DNA of 63,007 nt, counting the filler, from Sphacelaria rigidula (Eukaryota): NCBI GenBank assembly GCA_964200075.2. It is 11 parts of 11 records of this genome, joined end to end, with 100 filler letters (N's around TTAATTAATTAA, not from the genome) between each part and the next. Parts side by side here need not be neighbours in the genome. Positions count along the whole stretch, not along the records: positions 34,424 to 40,060 come from CAXNAA020025674.1; positions 40,161 to 45,797 come from CAXNAA020025675.1; positions 45,898 to 51,534 come from CAXNAA020025676.1; 8 more parts are not named here. The stretch is one strand, 5' to 3'. The translations under genes were made by a program, and so were the position numbers. This document shows positions 37,151 to 48,865 of this stretch, one piece after another (within the stretch, counting starts at the first letter, position 1; each line of letters begins with the position of its first letter). The notes under the pieces are model-generated. The model was not told where the DNA came from, searched no databases, and worked only from the letters and a program-made list of their open reading frames with translations.

Positions 37151-38640
37151 CTCCACCGTTACTAGACGCTCTCGTCCTTTGAAGGGGTTGGTGGATCGCC
37201 TCCTTCTTTCCGCCTGTGGTAGCAGGCGCGATAGGCGTCCCACGAGGTCAGGAAAATCGAGAACAAAGATCATCAGAGATACAAGGGGTGTCAACATGAG
37301 AACGTGACGATGACGATGGGTTGAAATCTCCACTATCAGGCTCAATTGGTGCGCCAGTTGCACTGTGAACCCTCTTCTCTTTCTCTGAGAGTATTCCTTG
37401 GTCTACAAGATTTGGTACTGAGCCGTTGATATCAATGCTTGACTGCAGGAATGGATTTCTTCCTTACCTGGGAACTCATAAGCTCTTGACCCTGTAAAAC
37501 AGCAACACAAAAAGCCACAAAAATTGAAACATGTGAATGACCGGCCAAAAACATGTTACTCAGGAATTATCTTGCAATACCCCCACGAACTAGGCCTTAA
37601 CTGTTTGTTTTAAATTTCTATGAAATTTGACCGCATGGTAATCTATATTCAGTGTGCTACCGATACTCTTCGTCCATGATCTCCATCGCGCAGTCCCCTG
37701 TCCGCCTACTGGGGTCGACACAACACCTTGCCCTAACCCGTAGGGACAGCTGTGCTTTATTGACACGCCTACTAATTCTCTGTTAGCGCCGTTTGCCCAG
37801 GTTTGTCTAGCTGCTTGTGTCACATCGTTTTCACAGGTGCCCGAGAGCTGTTGCTGGCTGTACCCCCCCGTGTCGACATCGATTCCTGCTAGAACAAAGA
37901 ACTAAGAGACAGCCGGAAGACGCAGAAGAAACAGCACCAAAAATCGTGTGAACATGCTACGACAAGATGATGAGGGTGTGTTCCGAGGAGATTCAACCAA
38001 CTGAGATACAGGGTAAAGTTGTCGTCCGATGTGGTCACACTTCATGAGGTGACGTGTACGTAGGGTAGATACCCGGCGGATGATGACGTCAGGGGGTGCA
38101 CTGAACAAGGGCTCACATCTAGTTTACTTGAGCCTGCCGAAGTCGGTCTACACCTGCCCCAATTAAATGGCATAACGGCCTAAAGTCTGACGCTCAAGCC
38201 GTAGCCTAACCAAGGTTCACGACGCTGTGCAGAGTATACTTCGCGGCGAGTGAGTCGAGTGCAGGGCCGAGATATTCTACGTAGGGCGCGAGTGTAGCGA
38301 AGTCGCTGCAAAAAACAACATAAAAATGATAGCTGAACAATTTCCAAGCGATTACGGTACTAGGACAGGCACGGCTGTTTCGTGTACGACACTGGGCTTT
38401 CCGTCCGAAGAACTCACCTCTGCAGAACCCAGGGGCACGTCTGCTCTCTTGGTTTTGTTTGTGACAAGTGTGGTTTTTAAGCGTTGTTCATCGCAATTCT
38501 GTTCATGTGCTCCGTAGCAGTTGTGGCACGCTCGTCGCGTAAAACACATGCTCATTTGCGAGGTTGTCTGGTTTTGTCAAGAGTACGTACATCGCCTGCG
38601 GTATAGACGGCCCGGTAAGTCGCACCCAGTACATGCACTC

Positions 38641-38680
38641 CACTGCACTGCACTGGACTGGACTGCACTGCACTGCACTC
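38641..38680 (+). repeat. (CACTG/GACTG)n pentanucleotide microsatellite
   Basis: Read directly, about 8 units. Confidence 0.9.
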
Positions 38681-39948
38681 CGAGTTCTGGGGGCTGGTTG
38701 TCTCCGCCTCTCTCGCCTTCTCGCTCTGCGGAAGTGAGTGGAGGCTGTTGTGCGCACTTTCTCGCCCTCTTAGTTTTGTCCACGTGTCTGATGAAGCCGT
38801 CCGGAAAGCAAAACGGGAAGCCTCCCGTGCACTCGTAAGCTCGTAGTAAACCCCGCGGTTGAATCTGCTACCATTGCGAGGCGTTTCTTGTTCTCGCCCG
38901 AAAACGCCAACTGCCTCGACGTCCACTGACACAGCGTTGAAGTTGACCCTTTCGCTGCTGCTATCCTCTTGCCCCCCGGTGCGCATGGTGGATGTACTCT
39001 TCACGGCTGGAACAGAAATCCGTGACCCATTACACTGCAGCAGGCGGAGAACGGTGCGATCGTCGGTAGGACTACACTTGGCATTTAGCCAGCAAGGGAT
39101 GTGTGAGACCCAACCCATTGCCGCTTGAGCGAATTGTGTGCAGTTTGTTCTGCGCCGGGAATATGTAAATGAAAAGTTGTGAAGTTGAAGGGTGGCTAAG
39201 ATGTCTGTATTCCGCAGAAAATAAGAACATTGGATAAATCATCGTTCTATCACTCAAAAGCACGGCAAACTAGGTACGTCGCTGCCTCTACTCAGCGACA
39301 GATTAACGGTGGCCGCTAGAGACTCGGAGTGAGCTTTTGAAAGTACTTATTTTCCAAGAAAGCCGCGAAATACCCCTGTGTTCAGGATGGTGATGAGAGG
39401 TTTTTTCGCGTTTTTCGTCGGCCACAGAGGTTGGTCATGGTTTCCGGTGTTGGGATGTTAGGGTGGTTCGAGTCCTTCCCCGTCGGCGCAAGCGGTCATA
39501 TCTTGTGTCCTCCGATTTTCTATAACGTGACATGGATCCTCTAAAACGATGGGCCGACGACGCCGGGTAGATGTTGTCGCCACGGTGCGCTATTCTGCGA
39601 TGTGTCCCATTTGTGATGTACAGTCATCGTGCGCTTGTAACTACTCTTCTGACTGTCTCCTTGGACTTCACCACTTCCACAGTTTCCTTCTTCTCTGTCC
39701 ACCCGCTCTCCCCCCACCTCTCTATGTGATTATTTTCTCTCGGTGTATGTAAGTAGCAGTATGGTGCCTCGCTCCATAGGGTTCATAAGTGAGAGCCCAC
39801 ACCCAAAATAGTGTGGCAGAAGCAGATGAGCCGCAATCTATTTCCACGGCTTCCTTGTTTTCGTTTGGGTATGAGCGCATGAGCTTTTGCGGAAGGCCTT
39901 TGCCCACTTGAAGTCATGCTGCAGAGGCCGGCCATTTCAAGCTTTTTT

Positions 39949-39985
<37 letters not shown>

Positions 39986-40161
39986 TCAGTCTTCTCTATT
40001 CTACCTTCGAGTGGTGCCAGCGATGCAAGTAAGAGGCGCGCAGCGGGGGGAGGGCGGGGGNNNNNNNNNNNNNNNNNNNNNNNNNNNNNNNNNNNNNNNN
40101 NNNNTTAATTAATTAANNNNNNNNNNNNNNNNNNNNNNNNNNNNNNNNNNNNNNNNNNNNG

Positions 40162-40435
40162 TGTTGATATGAACAGCCTTCTCCGTGTAGTCTACAGTAC
40201 TGACAAGCGACGGTACAGAGGCACCTGTCTTCACGGGTTATGACAGTTACATGCGGTGGGGTTTGATACCATAGTAGGCGTATGCCTTGTACTCACGTGC
40301 GCAATGTCTGGGAGCCCCGCTTACCACGGTGTTGGGTAGCCACAAGAGTTCACTTCGTTCTCTTCCTTCTTTTCCTTCCTTGATTTGCTTAGTCAAGCTA
40401 TGTAATACTACTCTTCTACAACAGCATGATCGGCT
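40162..40435 (+). mobile_element. LTR-like or terminal segment TGTTG...CAACA (262 bp) followed by GC-ATGATCGGCT
   Basis: TGTTG at 40162 and CAACA ending at 40423. The downstream motif is the reverse complement of AGCCGATCAT seen at 11319 and 51477. Confidence 0.4.
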
Positions 40436-40508
40436 CAGCCATGTCCTTTGAGCGACTTCATCAGTCGTGTCTAGCTGTTCCTGTTCACGGATCACGCATC
40501 AAGGAACA

Positions 40509-40875
40509 CGGCGAACGTGGTGCATTCAGGCGTTGGTTTACAGTCCGCTTCACCTGCAAGCGTTGTACCTGCTCTCCCCACCGGCGTTCAATTCCAGTCC
40601 GTTCCACCGGCGAACGTGGTGCATTCAGGTGTTGGTTCACAGTCCGCTTCACCTGCAAGCGTTGTACCTGCTCTCCCCACCGGCGTTCAATTCCAGTCCG
40701 TTCCACCGGCGAACGTGGTACATTCAGGCGTTTGTTTACAGTCCGCTTCACCTGCAAGCGTTGTACCTGCTCTCCCCACCGGCGTTCGATTCCACTCCGT
40801 TCCACCGGCGAACGTGGTACATTCAGGCGTTGGTTTACAGTCCGCTTCACCTGCAAGCGTTGTACCTGCTCCCCC
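40509..40875 (+). repeat. 99-bp tandem repeat (~3.7 copies) upstream of the Copia protease
   Basis: Units start at 40509, 40608, 40707 and 40806 and are nearly identical; one frame encodes ANVVHSGVGLQSASPASVVPALPTGVQFQSVPP. Confidence 0.95.
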
Positions 40876-42021
40876 CAACGGTGTTGGTTCCCTCAGTGTA
40901 GTCCAAGGGCTCCACTGCCCAGATTTGAGCGTGTTCGAAGATGAAGCATAGATGAATGGAATTGACGCGACCCCCTGCCAACATTTTTTCCCGCGTTTTC
41001 TGAGTGAAGGAATGGGATATGTGGCTGAAAACGGGACGACCCTTGCTGTTCTTGCCCCTAGCTCTCGCCCATTTTCAGTTGGAAAACCGAAACAAGAAGT
41101 CGACATTAATTTCTTTCACATTTCCCTACCCCACATCCATGAGACGTTATTGCAAGAACTGCGAAACAACAGGGCATTGCTTTGACGCGGGTATTGGCGC
41201 CACGTGCGGGATGTTTGGAAGCGAAAGGACAGAGGGCAGTTATTCCGCGAGGACTGGGCAGGAAGGCAAAGACTGTACTTGGCACCGTGCACCTCGATCT
41301 CACGGGCACACACCCTCGTACTGAGGGTGCATCAACTCATATGCTGAGCTGCGTCGACAGCAAGCCGCGCTTCATGATACTTTACGTCCTCGCACGTAAG
41401 TCTGACACGCTGGCGAAGATGAAGCGTTTCATCGCCGACGTCAGCGCCATCGGTACCCCCGGTTGTTTTCGCATGGACAACGGGGGCGAGTTCACTTCCG
41501 ATACTTTCGGCGCCTTCTGCAACGATGCAACGATTCGTCGTGAGTACACTGCCCCCGACACTCCGAAGTACAACGTTGTGGTGGAAAATGCAATTTGGAG
41601 GGTCATGAAGGGGGGCCACGCAGCCCGTCTCGAAGCGCGACGTCTGTTCCCGGAGTGACGCTTCGACGGCATAACTCACCTGGGGGAGAACATGGAGCGT
41701 CTATGGCTGGAGGCTGCGGTGTGGGCAGCGGACGGGTTCAATTTTTCCGCCACTACGATGAACCCGGGAAGATTGTCGCCTTATGAAGTGTTCCCCGGCA
41801 GGCGCCCGCCGCTGCAGATTGTGCCGTTTCTGCAACCCGGCATGATGCGGGTCAACCGCCAAGGGAAGATGGATGTTCAGTCCGTGGCCTGCCATTACCT
41901 CAATCATGGCAGTAACCATTCTTCATCGGCGGTGAAGGTCCAGAGGGCTTCTACCGGTGCGGTCTGCTACACGAACAACGTTGTCTGGACGGTACCACGT
42001 GTGCCACTGCAATCGCCGGCA

Positions 42022-42260
42022 ACGCCGCTCGTCGGGGGGGAGGAGGCCCATTCCAGTACCGTCGTCGCCGCCGCCACGCCGCCAGCAGAGCAGCACCACG
42101 GGACGCCGCTCGTCGGGGGGGGGAGGTCCATTCCAGTACCGTTGCCGCCGCCGCCGCGCGGCCAGCAGAGCAGCACCAGGAGACGCCGCTCGTCGGGGGA
42201 CAAGAGGTTCATGCCAGTACCGCCGCCGCTGTCGCCGCACCGCAGCAGGAGCAGCCACCA
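42022..42260 (+). repeat. Degenerate ~80-bp GC-rich tandem repeat (3 copies) in the Copia integrase-RT linker
   Basis: ACGCCGCTCGTCGGGGG...CCAGTACCG recurs at ~42022, ~42103 and ~42183. Confidence 0.8.
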
Positions 42261-43137
42261 ACTACACCACTGCTCCCGCCGACATATCGCACAGTGGAAT
42301 TCGAGCTGCTGCCGCTGCCGCTGCCGCAACCGACCTTTCTGCCGATGCAGCACACGCCGCCGCGCCCGCGGGCTCCGCCGATTCATCAAACACCGCAGAC
42401 ATCTCCGCCGATCTTCTCCGGCTTTTCGGCCCCGATTCCATTCCCGATATCATCAGCATCTTCCTCGACTGCGTCCCGCAATTCATCATCCGCCTCTGAA
42501 GTGATGGACCATTCTTTCTCGCCGCTCCCGACGAAAGTGAGGAAGGAGCTGGATCCGGAAACAGACCCCCGGCAGCCAGGGCGTACACGATCGGGGTCGA
42601 CGCAATACAAGACCGACAAGGCCGCACTCTTGCACCACAGCTGAAGACTCATGCAGCAGTTGGATAAGGGATCTTCGCTGTCTGCTCTCCTCACGCGCGG
42701 CGTAGTTGATGCCGGGTGAGAGGGCAAGGATGGTGAGAAAGGGGGGCACGGGGAGATACCGATGTGACTTGCGACGAGGCTGGCGACGCGTGAAGATGTA
42801 GATGCCGCTTTGCGGGAGTAGCGCCCGCCGCACGTCCCGCCGGAACTCCCACAATGTCCAGCAAAGGACCTCAAGGTCTCCAACGGATACACGCAGGCGG
42901 TGCGCTCGGAGTACGGTGATCTATGGAGGGACTGGATGGGGCGGGAATGGCGGAGAATTCTGGAGGGGTGGACGATTGATTCAGCGGAAAAGCAACTCGT
43001 GGACAACTATATCCATGCAAAGTGGGTATATAACTGGAAGGCAGACGAGTTGGGATGGCCCCCGAAAATGAAGTCGAGAGTAGTAGCGAGAGGAGATATG
43101 CAGAGAGAAAACATAGATTCCGGAGAACTGTATGCCC

Positions 43138-43391
43138 TGTGACGAAAATACGCCGTTACGTTGAGTTGGTAGTGATGATATGGATAATGACTGAGGGCAC
43201 GGAGATTCTGGTGGGTTCTGGATAATGGCCGGGGATACGGATATGGTATCTGCAGGTCTAGCTGATGCCCTGGAAGGTCACTCCTGAATAAATGAATGTT
43301 GTAAAGGCTGACAACTGAAACTGAGGCCAGTAAGACTGGGGAGTCCCTCAATAGCAGTGATCCAACAGTGCTTCCACTGGCTGGCGTCACA
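43138..43391 (+). mobile_element. 5' LTR of Gypsy family A, copy A2 (254 bp), inserted into Copia RT
   Basis: TGTGACG...CGTCACA termini; homologous to 6668-6933; interrupts Copia RT right after GELYA. Confidence 0.9.
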
Positions 43392-45797
43392 ATATCGATA
43401 TTAGTACTAGTGCTGGTGTTAGTGCTAGAAACAAAGGATTTCGGTAGTCGTCTGGGAGCTGTGGAAACCTGATACACTACGGACGCGTGGAGAGGGTTCC
43501 AGCTGAGGCAGCTGCAGAAAGGCAGCTGGCCTGTGATTGATCCAGACTGGGGACTTGCTGAAGCTGCGTGCAGCGGGAGTTTGCAGGCTCCTCTGACTGT
43601 GTGGTGCAGCGACGAAGCAAGGAAAGTGCAATTCGCGAAGGTCCACTGGCCTGCAAAGGTTCGCAGATAGCCGGTTACAGCTACAGCTATGGCGACACCC
43701 GTGGCCATGCGGGGAAATTTGCGACCTTCCCAATATGGGGATAGGTACTCAGAGAGTGCATCTCACACTTTGAGTACGAAGTACTTCAACTACAAGAAGC
43801 GTGTGCAGCACGCTAACGTAAGGGGTGCTGTGTGGCATCAGGTGGTGCCAATGGCTAAACAAGTGCCAACTTATGTGCAGAGAGTGTTTGCTCGTCTGGA
43901 GCATCAGAAGATCAAATCACCCCGCCGCAATTCATCGCGGCGATAAAAAAAAGCATGCTGGGCATTCGGCGGGCACTTGTCACTGTTGTGGCCAGGTCGG
44001 TCATTACGCGTGCGATTGCCCAACGTCTTCCGGTGGAGAGTCTGAACAGTCTCATGCCGCGCGCCATCAGCATCGTCAGCACAAGGGCAAAAGGCGAGGT
44101 AATCGTGGTGGCGGCGGCGGATCCTCCGGCGATGGAGGGTCGTAAGCGAGCCCGCAGCAGCAGCAGCAGCTGCTGCAGCAGGGGCAGCGGCGTCAGCATG
44201 GGCCTGGTGATGGGTCCGGCGCCGCCGTAGGTGCTGCTGCTCCGCAACGGGCGGTGCAGGTAGGACCGACTTCTACAGTGTCGAACACTGCGCCGGCGCC
44301 GGTGGTGGCGCCGGCGGCGTCCCCGGCAGCAACGCCAGGCGCGACGCCTGCTGACGTGCTGGCCGGAGATTCGCCAAACTCTTGGTCTGCTGGCTGGAGG
44401 TCATACCCGCCGGCGGTGCCGTTTGAACCTGCCGAGGCGTCTTCGCCTGCGCAGCTTGCGCAGCTTGCGCAGCCGTGGCGTCAAGTGGGATTAGCGGCGC
44501 ATCGGTCGGCCAATAAATCGCCAGTGGAGTTTGCAGACAGGTACGTTCCAGCGGAGCTGTGCCTTCCAAATCAACGGGAGCGTGGAGCCACTGCGGTTCA
44601 GGCTAACTGGGATTCTGGCGCCCACTTGACGGGCCATGTGAGTCTGTCGGTACAGATTGTAGAGATGTTGGAGCGTCTTCTCCCGGGTGTGCCGCTGCGC
44701 GTTCCGTTCTCGCTCGGGGTCCTGCAGGCCGTCACCGCGTCGAATCAGCATATTTACGTCACAGAGCGTACTGTTCCGCTAGGGCTGACTTTGATGACTT
44801 CCTGAGGGCCGGCGAGTTGCCTCCAATCTCGTTTGCGATCATGCCGGGGTCGGATGGCGTCATTCTTCTGGGGTTGCCGATGGTTCAGGATATTGGAGTT
44901 AACGCTCGGCGGTTGTGGGACTCCATGAAGACGCGGTTATCTCCGCCTGGTCCGCGCTTGGAGACGCCCGCCGTTCTGGGCAGTCGTCGCGTGAGCTTTT
45001 CGGTGGATGCTTTTCAGGAGGCTGGAGAGCAGGTGACCCAGGAGCGGGATGCGGTGGTGGAACGCTTAGTAGAGCGCGGCCCGGAGATGTTAATGATTTC
45101 GGCGGAAGAGGAGTCAGCTCGGAAGGTCGCACTGGAGGAGAGCGTGACGGATGCTGGAGTGACAGGCCTCAGCGTCTCAAAAGCGGAGCGCCTGCGTGGC
45201 ATATTTCATTGCCGCGTTGACGCGTTTTGTCGTGCGCTGCGGGGTGATCCTCCTGCGTGCGTGGAGCCTATGCGTGTTCAGCCAAAGCCTGGGGCGTCCG
45301 CGGTGAAGACGAAGCCGCGGCGGTACGATCCAGTGAAGTCGAGTTGGTTGGCATTGCCCATAGGGACTCTTTTGGCGCTCGGGTTGATGTTACGGAATTT
45401 GCAGGCGGGGCGGTCCAGTCCAGATATGGCGTTTCCGAAGAAGGCTGCATCGTGGATGGAGGGCAGGCTGCAGGCGTGGGCGGCAGCGAAGAATCTGGTG
45501 GCTCATGCCGTGACGCGGTTTCATCCTCGTCCTGATTGTCAGGTGTCAATGTTTCCGGATGCATTTTAGCGCCATTGGGGTAGTTTGGTCATGCAGGTGC
45601 CTACAGATGAAATTCAAAGGACTGTGGGCGCTGTGGCTGTGTATCGTCCGTGTGAACCTGATGACTCGATGCCGTCCAAATCTGTTGTCCGCCAAGCGCA
45701 ACGAAAAGACCTTGGGGCCGAAGATGCGGATGTGCAATCTTTCGAGTCGGACGTTGGTACTGCTATCTTGGACAATGAAGGTCTGTTTCGTGTGCAT
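43392..45797 (+). mobile_element. Internally deleted Gypsy family A copy A2 (gag, PR, remnants of RT and RNase H)
   Basis: gag start MATPVAMRG; zinc knuckle CHCCGQVGHYACDC; PR ANWDSGAH. Collinear with copy A1 but lacks the RT core (junction ~45443) and the RNase H core (junction ~45620). Confidence 0.9.
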
Positions 45798-47498
45798 NNN
45801 NNNNNNNNNNNNNNNNNNNNNNNNNNNNNNNNNNNNNNNNNTTAATTAATTAANNNNNNNNNNNNNNNNNNNNNNNNNNNNNNNNNNNNNNNNNNNNCCC
45901 CCCCCTCCCTACCCACCCCCCCAAGGGGGGGGGAGAGGGGGCGCCCCCCCCCCCCCCCCCCCCTTCTCCCAACCCATCATCCAGGTTCACGTTTGGATCA
46001 ACCAGTATCGTCGCCCACCTCGATATACTGTTCAACGCTACTGCGAACACTTTTTGGTCACACGAGCACCACATCCACACCGTTCGCCTTCTACAAGTGA
46101 GCACAACAGCCACCAGATATTACCACTCTCCTCTTTGTTCCACTGTGTCTCTCTGTCTCGCTGTCTCGCTGTCTCTCTGTCTCTGCCTTCCTATCCCCTT
46201 CCTATCCGTCTCAGTCATCAAGGACACCCCCACACGACCGTTCGACACACATCTACTACCTACCGTCAACATATCAATACAGCAAGCTATATATATATAT
46301 ATAAAGATGCGGCCTACAATCAAGAAAAATAAACTTACACCAAGACTGAATGTCTCGCCATGGGGTGCTGAACTGTAGTATCTCCTATCACGCGATGCAG
46401 GAAGCAACGTGCGGCCGTGAAGTGAGCTCCTTTTTTCAAGTCCACATTCCCCATATGAAATACATCAAGGCTCGGTTTCTCGCTTACATTTTCCCTGAAA
46501 GCAGTCCGCCTCTGTGTGAAATATACACAAATGACCACTAAAGAACATATTTGTGCACTCTAGACTATACTCCTTTATTCACGCAGATAACTCCATTGCA
46601 CTTTATTTTATTAATGACACTGCTGAATACTGCGTACAACTCAGGATGAGGACCGTGAACTCGGCGCTGCAACACACGGCGCCCCGGCATACGATGCCCC
46701 AGTATTTGACAACAACAGAGTATCCTCAGTCCCTAGATCAGGGCCTGAAAGATCCACAAATCCAAGATGGGGACCTCATTTGGATGTCAAGAACGCTTAT
46801 GAAGACACGTCCAGCCGGCGCCCGCGAAGCAGCGGCAACTGCGCGGGACGTACAAATAATTTCAAGGCGCACAGACACGCGCACCGGCCACCGAGAGAAC
46901 AGAAAGCAGGAGGGATGCCGCATTCTCATAAAAAGGCGAAACGACTAGAAGCACCGCAACCCGTGAGCATGACATGAGTGAAACTCCTTGTGGGTGGACC
47001 ACATTCAATCCTCTACTGCATAAGACATTGCAACAGCACTTCGAAGAATATGTAGAAGTATGTAGTATAAACATACATCATAGCATTGGGTTCACCCTCA
47101 CCTCTTTTATCTGCCTGCTGTAGGTCATGCATATCCGACCTTACGGGGTGTGTCCCCTACGCGTTGTTGAACAATTGTTTGTTCCCAAACCCTCGTCCCC
47201 CGTGATGTGCATGACTAGCAGCACATCTACGAAGACTATTTGTTTTGCTTGTCTTGCACACTGAAGTGATGATAGTTTCGATAATAGACACCAGATTTAC
47301 GCTGCCGCGTAGCGGTTGGCCTTGCTATCAGACGATGGCTTGCTGAAGATGAACTCCATGCGTCATACGCAGCAGAACCAAGTACACAGACATGTATTTC
47401 CGTTGATGATGTACCTTCTGAAGAACAGAAAATCAAGCCCCAATTTATCATGTGCCAAGCGTGGAAATTGATCATGACCACTGATTTTCTCGGCACAG

Positions 47499-48865
47499 GC
47501 AAGTAGTCTCACGCGAGGAGGGCACTTCGCGTTTCGGCAAGATACGGTGGAAGACATATTCAGCTACGCCAGGCACAATCGCGTACAAGACGTGGAACGG
47601 ATGTTGGATCAGTGAGCGCTATCGTGTTATGTTTCGAACACCATTTTGCCCAATATCTTGCGTGCGCAATTCGTACGAAAATAATGAGTAGGACGATGTG
47701 TTATTGTTGATAACACCGTTGCACGGCCCGGTGAAAACCACCGTCAATGTGCCATTATTGATATGAAGCTCAGATGCAACGTGCCGTCTCTTGACATTTC
47801 AGGGAATACAATTGAGTCCCGGAATGTGAGTACTCCGTTGTCCCTTGGGCAGGTATGGTGGGTTAATCACAGAAGACCTCTACCCGATTATCGTATTTTC
47901 CGCGCAGAGGAGTTCCTGCAGACGTGAGAGATGCCCACGGCAACACAATACTCATCGTGGCATGCCAGAACGGACATAAGCGTGTGCTGAAGGCGGCTTT
48001 GCGTCGAGGGGCCAATGCTAACGCAACAAACGCTCGCGGAAACACCGCCCTTCACTTCTGTTTTGCCTTTGGTGAGAAGTACTATGTGTTTGAACCCTTT
48101 CTCACGTACCATTTTCTTCGATCAAAGTGCATCGGCATGTTTATGCGCCAACCGTGAGAGGCACTCAGCGAGGATGGCGCTTATGCGTTTGCACGCCCCT
48201 CCACTATACTCCGTCTAGCGGCGATCGGGAACAGGCAACCGGAGACAAATACTGTGGAGATATTTGATGGAACGGGACACCGCACGTCAAGATGTCGCGC
48301 ACCGTCGGTAAAATTTGACTTCTAGTTATTGACCTACTATGCTGATCGTTTACCCGCTAATGATCCACTTGTTACAGGGTACGGTCAAAGCCTCGGGCGG
48401 TATCTCATGGACAAGGGGGCAGACTCGACAATGAGAAACCGCAGTGGCTTGGTAAGCACGATGGGTCAGCAAATTGCCGCTTGGTACTGTGTAGACTGTT
48501 GCACTAAAAGCTAAACATATCGGCAGCTTACCGTCAACCGATTTCAACGAGGAACGGCCAGATGAAAACTCGTGAAAACCTCACCAGCTGCTGCGAGAAC
48601 ATCATCCTCTGCCCAACAAGTAGATCGATATCAAATGGCGTCGTGGTCGTCCATATTCTGACGAGGGTTCCACCTGTATTTGTTGGAACGCATTGCTGCA
48701 ATCCGACGCGAACTAGACGATACTCCAGACGAGAGAGTAGATGATCAACGGGCTTAGGTGTTTCTTTCCACTTCACTCGTCCGTGTTGCTTGGACCTCAG
48801 ATGATCGGCTCTCATCGCGATTTCTTCCCCTCGTTCAGGTGTGCTACGATGGTATCGGTCACTGA
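47499..48865 (+). CDS. Ankyrin-repeat protein, 3' exons 47499-47611, 47908-48071, 48378-48451, 48839-48865
   Basis: Phase-compatible GT-AG splicing gives ...EDIFSYARHNRVQDVERMLDQGVPADVRDAHGNTILIVACQNGHKRVLKAALRRGANANATNARGNTALHFCFAFGYGQSLGRYLMDKGADSTMRNRSGLVCYDGIGH*. Possible upstream exons at ~46730-46962 and ~47124-47147 are less certain. Confidence 0.88.

Larger units (their letters stand above)
40440..43137 (+). mobile_element. Degenerate Ty1/Copia retrotransposon (PR remnant, integrase, start of RT)
   Basis: PR-like YVAENGTT; integrase VHLDLTG...CVDSKPRF...FRMDNGGEF...EYTAPDTPKYN..VE; LWLEAA; RT start KWVYNWK...KSRVVARGDMQRENIDSGELYA. Integrase precedes RT, which is Copia order. Confidence 0.92.

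Noticed and set aside
40426..40944. Repeated CxxC zinc-finger protein (RFTCKRCTC)
   Set aside because: An alternative frame of a 99-bp tandem repeat within a Copia element; no independent coding evidence.
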